From a bacterium (GTDB lineage: Bacteria; Electryoneota; Electryoneia; Electryoneales; Electryoneaceae), in NCBI GenBank assembly GCA_963669175.1, contig OY769902.1, positions 3,680,001 to 3,744,000 of the forward strand: 64,000 nucleotides of DNA. Reading direction: 5' to 3'. Positions 56,847 to 64,000 of the stretch are shown here, one piece after another. The translations under genes were made by a program, and so were the position numbers. The notes beneath the pieces are model-generated. The model ran no database searches, was not told the origin of the DNA, and worked only from the letters and a program-made list of their open reading frames with translations. How positions within the stretch are numbered: position 1 is the first letter of the stretch; each line of letters opens with the position of its first letter.

Positions 56847-57253
56847 ATGCTATTGATGAGAAACTGGTAATTCCATCGAACCAGAAACTTCTGACCGAAG
56901 TGGATGAGATGGTCGAAGGAATCGTGAAACGGCTGCCCTTCAGCGAGGATGCCCGTGACGATATCGCTATCGCCATTTCTGAAGGAGTCAATAACGCCAT
57001 CATCCACGGCAACAAGTTCGACCAGCAGAAAACCGTTACTGTTCTTTTCCACGCCAACGACAATTCCCTCACCATCACCATCATTGACCAGGGCGATGGC
57101 TTCAAAGAAGAAGACGTTCCCGACCCGACCAACCCGGAAAACATGCTTGCCCTGAGCGGACGCGGGCTCTTTATCATCCGCCACCTCATGGATAAAGTGG
57201 ATGTATCTTCCGATTCCACCGGCACGACGATAACGATGATGAAGAATTTCTAG
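56843..57253 (+). CDS. Anti-sigma factor Ser/Thr kinase (RsbW-like)
   Basis: 'SEGVNNAIIHGN', 'DQGDGF', 'GRGLFII..LMD'. Confidence 0.92.
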   Translation: MNAIDEKLVIPSNQKLLTEVDEMVEGIVKRLPFSEDARDDIAIAISEGVNNAIIHGNKFDQQKTVTVLFHANDNSLTITIIDQGDGFKEEDVPDPTNPENMLALSGRGLFIIRHLMDKVDVSSDSTGTTITMMKNF

Positions 57254-57541
57254 GTTACGCGATACAACTTCATTTGTATTCTGTATTCTTGTGAAACCTC
57301 CGCTTTCTACCAGGCGTCTTCTTTTCGATCCAACCGTTGACAGTTCTTGTATCAGTTCTTACCCGATTCGCTCAAGACACATCATATTTCGCAGTATCCT
57401 CAGATTATTCTGGATTCAACTTTGATGGCAACATTATCACTTGCGGATCGGACCACCCGTCCAAATCTTTTCCATTTACGTAGTGTCAAGTGTCTTCCCT
57501 TCACCTAATACCAAACCTCTTCCATCTACTATTGTTTTCAT

Positions 57542-58152
57542 TAGCAGGCTTTAGCCTGCTCTTTTTAGCACCCGGCTTCAGTCGGGGTGTCGAGAGGCGA
57601 CTACAATTGCGAGCATCCTTCAGGGTGCTTTCCGGTGCAAATGCCTGATAGCTGGAAAGTACGCTAAAGCGCACTCATATTAATCGTTTGGTTCTTTCAC
57701 CCTGGCTAAAGCCCTGTCTCTTACCCACATCCTCTGAAAGCTGTATCAGTAAAAGAGTTGTGGACATAGCATTTTTAGAATCCCGGCGGAATTCCCTATT
57801 TTAGCATAGTGTACAGACCGTCTGTTTGGCCTGTATACTATGTCAGGATTTCTAACGAACAATCAACCTTGGAAGGGTTGCATAATGAGCAGTCAATATT
57901 AGTTTATTCAATTATTACAGGTAATAACGTAATTTATATCCTTTATAAATCAATTGGGTATCAATTATACTTTATGCAACCCTTTCAGGGTTGATATGAG
58001 GTTTGATCTTTTTCGTAGGGTAGGCGCTAAACAGACAGCGCCTACCCTACGCTAAAATATCCCACCCCCACGGGGTGGCAGAAACACGAAGATGTGAGTA
58101 AGAGACAGGGCTAAAGCCAGGTGCTAAGAAGAGCCTGCTGAAGCAGGCTTAG
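57542..58152. repeat. Nested REP-like palindromic repeat cluster
   Basis: 57542-57575 and 57703-57724 are inverted counterparts of 58098-58152. An internal three-hairpin unit at 57970-58077 is related to 63515-63623. Confidence 0.75.
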
Positions 58153-58473
58153 GAAAACTATTTCGTAGTGTATCATGATGTACACAGACAATTCTCTCGA
58201 GATATCCCTGTTGTGCAATTGTTCGACCTTATACGGCTTTCGTGATAATTCCGGATATCATCTCCCCATATCCTGATTACGTCTTTTTTCCCCTCTCCCC
58301 CCTCCGTATATTCGCCCCATATTTACTATTGGTTGCTCTGTGGGGTGTTTGCCCCTGTTTGCTCGTCAAACAGGGTCTATAGTAATTGCAGTAGACAGGG
58401 TTTCCTGAGTAAAAACCGCGTGGCCCGGGTGCTGGCACCCGGGTGAGCACGTAAACATAACTGCGGAAAGCTG

Positions 58474-58971
58474 ATGAGTGACCGCATTGCCGTCTATCCG
58501 GGCACATTCGACCCGATTACCAACGGGCACCTGGACATTATCGAACGTGCCACCGATTTGTTTGACAAGGTGATCGTCTGCCTGGCGAAGAACCCTTCCA
58601 AGGAACCGTTGTTCTCGCTGGAAGACCGTCGCGCCATGCTACAGGAAGCGACTGCGCATTTTAACGGCCGCGTGCAGATCGATATCCTTGAGGGGCTCAC
58701 GGTGGACGGCGCACGTAAATACGACGCTGTCGCGATCATTCGCGGCATCCGTGCCATTTCAGACTTCGAGTATGAATTCCAGATGGCCTTGATGAACCGT
58801 CATCTCGAACCGGATTTGCATACGGTGTACCTCATGCCGAAAGAGGAATACACCTACCTGAACAGCACCATTATCAAAGGTGTAGCACGACATGGCGGGA
58901 ATATCCGCCGGTTTGTTCCACCTGGAGTAGAACAGCGGTTGCTGGAACGTTTCGGCCACCGCAAACCATAG
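58474..58971 (+). CDS. coaD: Phosphopantetheine adenylyltransferase
   Basis: 'YPGTFDPITNGHLDII', 'RGIRAISDFEYE', 'MNR'. Confidence 0.97.
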   Translation: MSDRIAVYPGTFDPITNGHLDIIERATDLFDKVIVCLAKNPSKEPLFSLEDRRAMLQEATAHFNGRVQIDILEGLTVDGARKYDAVAIIRGIRAISDFEYEFQMALMNRHLEPDLHTVYLMPKEEYTYLNSTIIKGVARHGGNIRRFVPPGVEQRLLERFGHRKP

Positions 58972-58982
58972 GGGATTTTCAC

Positions 58983-59975
58983 GTGGACCCGATCGTACGC
59001 ATTCTTGAAGAAGCAAAGAAAAATCCGCAGCGGATCGTATTGCCGGAAGGCAACGACGCCCGTACCTGGACCGCCGCACGCCGCCTGGTCGATGAAGGCC
59101 TGGCAATTCCGGTCGTGCTCGGCACTCCGGACGAGTGCGCAGCCGGCCAGAAGGAAGCCGGAGTGACCAACCTGGACGGTATCGTAGTCATCGATCCGGC
59201 CACCTCGGACAAGTATGAAGAGTATGCTGCCAAGTTCGCCGAACTGCGCGCCAAGAAGGGCATGACGCTAGAGCAGGCTCGTGAACTGATGAAGGACGTC
59301 CTCTATTACGGCGCCATGATGGTCCGTGAAGGCGACGCCAACGGTGGCGTGACCGGCGCTGCACATGCGACTGGCGATGTGATGCGTGCCGCGTTCCAGT
59401 GCATCGGCATGGCCAAGGGCATGAGCATTGTCAGCTCCATCTTCCTGATGATCATGCCGGAAGCGGACGGTCGTGTATTCTCCTTCGGTGACTGCGCGAT
59501 TGTCCCGCAGCCTGATCCCGATCAGCTCGCGTCCATCGCCATCGCCTCCGCCGGCACCCACAAGGCCCTGACCGGTGTTGAGCCGACAGTCGCCATGCTT
59601 TCCTTCTCCACCAAGGGCAGCGCGAAGCATGATGATCCGGACAAGGTCATCGCCGCGACCAACCTGGTGAAAGAACGTGCGCCGGAACTGCTGGTTGACG
59701 GTGAGTTCCAGCTCGACGCCGCTATCGTGGAAAAAGTCGGCCAGAAAAAAGCACCGGGCAGCCCCGTCGCAGGCAAGGCAAACGTCCTGGTCTTCCCGGA
59801 CCTCGACGCCGGGAACATCGGCTACAAGCTGACCCAACGCCTCGCCAACGCCCAGGCTATCGGCCCAATCGTCCAAGGACTCGCCAAGCCGTTCTACGAC
59901 CTGTCCCGTGGCTGTTCCAGCGACGATATCGTGAAGGTCAGCGCGATCTGTGCGGTGGTTGCACAGCAGGGGTAG
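58983..59975 (+). CDS. pta: Phosphate acetyltransferase (short form)
   Basis: 'RIVLPEG', 'AMLSFSTKGS', 'DGEFQLDAA', 'FPDLDAGNIGYK', 'DLSRG'. Confidence 0.95.
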   Translation: MDPIVRILEEAKKNPQRIVLPEGNDARTWTAARRLVDEGLAIPVVLGTPDECAAGQKEAGVTNLDGIVVIDPATSDKYEEYAAKFAELRAKKGMTLEQARELMKDVLYYGAMMVREGDANGGVTGAAHATGDVMRAAFQCIGMAKGMSIVSSIFLMIMPEADGRVFSFGDCAIVPQPDPDQLASIAIASAGTHKALTGVEPTVAMLSFSTKGSAKHDDPDKVIAATNLVKERAPELLVDGEFQLDAAIVEKVGQKKAPGSPVAGKANVLVFPDLDAGNIGYKLTQRLANAQAIGPIVQGLAKPFYDLSRGCSSDDIVKVSAICAVVAQQG

Positions 59976-60018
59976 ATAGACATACAATTAATAGCATCTT
60001 AGAAAACATGCCAATCTA

Positions 60019-60057
60019 CAATGTTTGGCCCGATGCAACAAGTCGGGCCAAATATTG
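60019..60057. terminator. Bidirectional hairpin/terminator after pta
   Basis: CAATGTTTGGCCCGA...TCGGGCCAAATATTG followed by TTTTT. Confidence 0.7.
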
Positions 60058-60108
60058 TTTTTCTGAAGGGATGTAATATTTCTAAAACTTTTTTTATTAA
60101 CTCAAATA

Positions 60109-60492
60109 CTATTTTAGCAATCCCATTACCTGATCAAGTACAATTTTTTTGCCCATCTCAATAGCTATTCCAATTGAATATCCTTTTATTCTATTTAGAA
60201 TTGTTTCCTTTTTTATGATTGATAAATATTCGTATCCTATTGATGTTATTCTATATTCTGCTGCTACACTTAAATCGTATTCATCATCCCTATATTTTAC
60301 ACCACAATTTTCCACATTTGTTTCGATACAATTAGCATCATATAACAACAATACATGTCCTATAAATTTCTTTATTTCACCTTCTTCGCCAATATCCATT
60401 TGTTCCATCAATTCTCTCATACTCATATGAAAAGATTCATAATTTTCTAATACACATAATATTTTTTTTTGGTATCTATGGTCTAGTATCAC
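60109..60492 (-). CDS. Hypothetical AT-rich protein (winged-helix, DUF2513-like)
   Basis: 'H..LL.DA..I' and 'RITSIGYEYL' pattern. GGGGG RBS-like site. Confidence 0.6.
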   Translation of the reverse strand: MILDHRYQKKILCVLENYESFHMSMRELMEQMDIGEEGEIKKFIGHVLLLYDANCIETNVENCGVKYRDDEYDLSVAAEYRITSIGYEYLSIIKKETILNRIKGYSIGIAIEMGKKIVLDQVMGLLK

Positions 60493-60524
60493 TTCAATAT
60501 CCCCCTACTTTTATATTAATGGAA

Positions 60525-60845
60525 TCATCTAGCATTCCCTTTTCCTTCGTCCTGTTTTACTGAAATAAACGCACTGACAATACAGATTGCTGCAACGGCA
60601 ATATCAATAGGTGCCCAAGTTGCGCGACTAAGACCAACCTTGAAAATAGGATTAAACAGAGTACCAATTACAATAAACGCCCACGCCCATCCGATTTTTT
60701 TAAACACAGTATACACGTAAGCCTGGTATGCACTTACCCCACATACAATCCATCTTAACAACGTATAATAATCATACGGTGGATGCCCGAATACCGCGTA
60801 AACAAGCATCCCAGCGGTGGCAATTAGTATCAGTTTTCGTACCAT
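60525..60845 (-). CDS. Small membrane protein (DUF6804-like)
   Basis: 'PPYDYYTLLRWIVC', 'LFNPIFKV.L.R..W..ID'. Confidence 0.7.
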   Translation of the reverse strand: MVRKLILIATAGMLVYAVFGHPPYDYYTLLRWIVCGVSAYQAYVYTVFKKIGWAWAFIVIGTLFNPIFKVGLSRATWAPIDIAVAAICIVSAFISVKQDEGKGNAR

Positions 60846-61116
60846 ATCTATTTCACCTTGTATGTGCTCCATGGCAACAGAAAGCGCATCATTCAGCAAT
60901 TTAGTAGTACTTCTTCTTAAATATTATAATCAGCTTTATCCCTTTAATACACTCATAGCTCTTCGCTAATAGATCATTTTTGTATTCTACAATAGCAATT
61001 ACTATATACTTAATAGTTATCAATAAATTAATAATCTTATTTTTACACGAGATTATATAAGTTATATCATATCAATATCATTTACAACCTGATGATTCTG
61101 TTCAAGCAAAACTATA

Positions 61117-61878
61117 TTACGTATTTTCCTCCAATTCATCAACGAGAAATGTATACCTCCAAGCTAAATGACTACATATTCCTGTTAAATCAGGATATAT
61201 AACCGAATTATTCACACCTAACATATTTAATCCGTAGCGTATATCCCAGTAATTTTCTTTATTAATTAGTATTTTTACCAATTTTTTTGAAAATGCAATA
61301 TGTTTTTCTAATTTTACTATTCTACCACCGGAATTTATCTTATGAACTGTGAATACTCCTGATTGTGCTGATATTCTTTCAGTTATAACTTTCGGCCTTA
61401 TTATTCTTGTAGATATTTTATTGGAAAATGGGTAATCGTCTGATGGGTCATCAATCCAATCTGTTTTTTCTGGCTTCAGTAACCATACAACGCCATATTT
61501 GCCGTTATCAGAATCTTTAGGAGGATCACAAACAGCAAACCATAACGCTACTAACGCACTATATGTCCAATCAAGTAATCGTGTCGGTAATCCATAGTGT
61601 TGTGATAAGGCAAGTCTATCCCATTCATCATGGACATTTGTTGGTGTAAATGGAAGACTTACTCTTTTAAATTCGTTAAACATTAGCTTTTCAATTCTAT
61701 ATAACGGTCCTTTTGGTTCTATTCTTGCTAATTTTGGCCATAGTGGCCAATCAGAACTTTGTCCTCTAAAAATAAAGTCTACATAATTTTCTCTTTCCTC
61801 TTCTGCTATTCGTTCACTTTCACAGTAATCTACATAGTCTGATACTGATTCAATCTCTACAACTTTGTAGCTAGCCAT
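61117..61878 (-). CDS. FRG domain-containing protein
   Basis: 'IFRGQ', 'W.L.P.L.R', 'QHYGLPTRLLDWT', 'VALWFA', 'RISAQSGVFT'. Confidence 0.92.
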   Translation of the reverse strand: MASYKVVEIESVSDYVDYCESERIAEEERENYVDFIFRGQSSDWPLWPKLARIEPKGPLYRIEKLMFNEFKRVSLPFTPTNVHDEWDRLALSQHYGLPTRLLDWTYSALVALWFAVCDPPKDSDNGKYGVVWLLKPEKTDWIDDPSDDYPFSNKISTRIIRPKVITERISAQSGVFTVHKINSGGRIVKLEKHIAFSKKLVKILINKENYWDIRYGLNMLGVNNSVIYPDLTGICSHLAWRYTFLVDELEENT

Positions 61879-61944
61879 ATCTGTCTCCAAGAATAGTTGA
61901 ATAGATTGTTATCTAGTATCAGTGTGTTCATAAAAATAGGAATA

Positions 61945-62394
61945 TTAATTGTTTTTAGTTAATAATACTACTCTATATCCGTTTATTTCATCATCTCTTA
62001 TCAAAGTTATTTCACTATATGAATAAATCGCATCATCCGGAACAGTATCAAGTCCCATATCCCCATTCCGCCAAGCATCGGCGCGGATCTTGATCCCGTT
62101 CCAGCCGAACAGGATAAAAGACACGTTGACATCATAAATCACAACATTGGTCAGGTAATCGGCCTCTGATTTCCGCAATGCCTGTTCGACAGCTTCTTCA
62201 AGGTTGATGTTGCCTAAACCAAAAGTCAGGATGGAATAGACATAACTTTTCCCCTTGACGTCCCGTTGCACCAGTTCATTGCCGGAGTTGAAATGGACAT
62301 TGCGTGTGGACATCACGGTAAGATCACCCATCCTGCGCGAACAGCCCGTGAACAAAACGAAGACAACCAGTAGACCGAATAATAAACGTTTCAC
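61945..62394 (-). CDS. Lipoprotein of unknown function
   Basis: GTG start after GGAGG. Lipobox 'LFTGC', 'GDLTVMSTRNV', 'LEEAVEQAL'. Confidence 0.7.
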   Translation of the reverse strand: MKRLLFGLLVVFVLFTGCSRRMGDLTVMSTRNVHFNSGNELVQRDVKGKSYVYSILTFGLGNINLEEAVEQALRKSEADYLTNVVIYDVNVSFILFGWNGIKIRADAWRNGDMGLDTVPDDAIYSYSEITLIRDDEINGYRVVLLTKNN

Positions 62395-63085
62395 CCTTCC
62401 CTCCCCTCCATGACAATGATATCCCTTTCGACACACGGTAAAAGCCAAGAAAACAATATCATCATAAAATTAGGTTCCGTTTTTGTACGTATCCTTGACA
62501 ATAGCCATGAACGTACGATTACTGTAATTTTCATACATCTTTATAAATGTTTATCAAAGCTACACGACTCCAATTGACAACGCAAACATTATTTACATCT
62601 AATCAGAAATCTGTTTGTAGTTGTTTTCGCTACAAACATGTCCTAAAAATGAATACAAGCTTCGTGTTGCAGTTTTAGTACTGATTCTGTGATATGTATA
62701 TCTGACAAGGGCTGGCACGGTTTTCAACACTTAGCATTCAATGGAATCAGTTTGTTTACCTGTTTGTATACTTCATATCCTCCAAGAGCCAAAGTTCGAG
62801 AGGGTGTATTTTTCTGGTGAGTGAAAACACGTGGAAGGTGTGATTGTATCGTAATCCGGAATGATATCTCTTACGTATTTCATCATATCCCTTCTCCAAC
62901 GGAGAAACATGTGTCTAGCGCGTGGCGTAGGCCATGTGAAAAGTGGTTCGCCCTTATTCTCCACCCTGGATGGGTGGCACATGGTGAGTGGTTGCAGGAC
63001 AGGATGCACATTGCGTGCATAACGCAAGGAGTTGTGCCACCCAGCTAGGATGGGATGAGGTGAAGGAGTCTCACATTGAATAACG

Positions 63086-63210
63086 AGATCCCCGTTCGGA
63101 GCCGGGGATGACATAGGGTCGGAGCAAGAGCTGATGTGGCACCAGAACCGGGGATGACACAGGGTCGGAACAAGAAGCTGACGTGGGATCGAAGCCGGGG
63201 ATGACATGAG
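63086..63210. repeat. 46-47-bp period repeat with CCGGGGATGACA core (x3), REP-like
   Basis: Cores at 63102, 63148 and 63195; the intervening sequences are similar to each other. Confidence 0.8.
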
Positions 63211-63327
63211 GTGGGTGGGATCGTCCCACGGGGCTGACGACTCGCGCCCCGCGCCAGCCCGGATATTTCACGAACGCAGTGTCGAATCAACGAAGACAGC
63301 CAGTCTATTAGTCAACAATTCTGCTTA

Positions 63328-63509
63328 CTTGACTGCCAAACAGCCTTGACTACCAAACAGCCTTGACTACCAAACAGCCTTGTCTGACAAACAGTCTGAC
63401 TGCCAAACAGCCTTGACTACCAAACAGCCTTGACTACCAAACAGCCTTGTCTGCCAAACAGTCTGACTGCCAAACAGTCTGACTGACAAACAGCTTTGAC
63501 TGCCAAACA
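63328..63509. repeat. 16/17-bp tandem repeat x11 (CTTGACTRCCAAACAGC)
   Basis: Eleven contiguous units without spacers, including a higher-order 67-bp duplication. Confidence 0.95.
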
Positions 63510-63514
63510 ACAAG

Positions 63515-63623
63515 GTACTCCGAAGGAGTACAATAATTTAGCCCAGGGTACGCGCTGTCTGTTTAGCGCGCACCCTGGGTAGAGTGACTACTTCTTTTCA
63601 ACCCCGAAGCGGGTTGCATAAAG
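63515..63623. repeat. Three-hairpin REP-like unit, inverted relative to 57970-58077
   Basis: Shares AGGGTA.GCGCTGTCTGTTTAGCGC..ACCCT and GGGTTGCATAAAG. Confidence 0.8.
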
Positions 63624-63762
63624 CACCAATCAAAAATTGAGAATGGTCACAACAATCCTGATGTATTTCACAAGATGTCAAACAAACATCAAAAACTCAT
63701 AAAATTTCCGCGCTGGTCACATACCGCCCGTCCTGGGCTTTGGCGGCGTGACATAGCCTCCT

Positions 63763-63978
63763 TCACGCGTGCTTTTTCTCTTCCCGTTTCGTCACCCACA
63801 TGGCCATTGCAGCGCCGCAGACAACACAGAACGCGAAGAAATAGGTGATCGGGAAGGTTCCGAAGGGGCCAAGATAGCCGGTATCCATGAAGAGGCCGGC
63901 CAGGTGTGGAAGGAAGGCGACCAACGGGGCAATCACCAGGGTAAACAGACTGCCGAACAGGAGTTTACGGTATGGCAC
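63763..63978 (-). CDS. Small two-TM hypothetical membrane protein
   Basis: Two hydrophobic segments and a charged tail. No family recognised. Confidence 0.45.
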   Translation of the reverse strand: MPYRKLLFGSLFTLVIAPLVAFLPHLAGLFMDTGYLGPFGTFPITYFFAFCVVCGAAMAMWVTKREEKKHA

Positions 63979-64000
63979 ATGTTTGAGGGTATAACGAAGC

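Noticed and set aside
59268-59987. 239-aa ORF antisense to pta (and similar antisense ORFs over trkH and the S9 peptidase)
   Set aside because: Shadow ORFs of GC3-rich genes.
60060-62450. Integron cassette array
   Set aside because: No repeated RYYYAAC...GTTRRRY attC-like palindromes found by eye between the genes, and no intI.
62773-63290. ORFs of 66-144 aa over the repeat region
   Set aside because: Translations mirror the DNA repeats (recurring CHPR) and lack RBS or family motifs.
63328-63509. Possible CRISPR array
   Set aside because: Units are contiguous 16/17-mers with no unique spacers, and there are no cas genes in the window.

Overview
Chromosomal segment of a Gram-negative FCB-group-like bacterium. 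The taxon is inferred from seven proteins ending in a YPNPFN-type (T9SS/Por-secretion-like) C-terminal sorting domain. The window contains the 3' part of a Wzy-dependent polysaccharide locus followed by serS-trkA-trkH, a two-component pair, groES-groEL with two CIRCE boxes, a BsuBI/PstI-like R-M pair with an orphan HigA-like gene, a hydrolase/flavin reductase/RlmN-like radical SAM trio, an RsbV/RsbU/RsbW-like module, coaD-pta, an AT-rich patch of small accessory genes, and several palindromic and tandem repeat families. The most striking object is a 1,790-bp element (13305-15094). It has 22-bp terminal inverted repeats and a 4-bp AATA direct repeat, and it sits in the stop codon of a gene. It encodes only two paralogous DUF1670-like proteins and no recognisable transposase, making it a candidate new type of mobile element. 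Second is a twin-hairpin dispersed repeat (23216-23454 and 28041-28276) with conserved geometry, unrelated loops and compensatory stem changes. All family assignments come from motif recognition by eye; no database searches were run.
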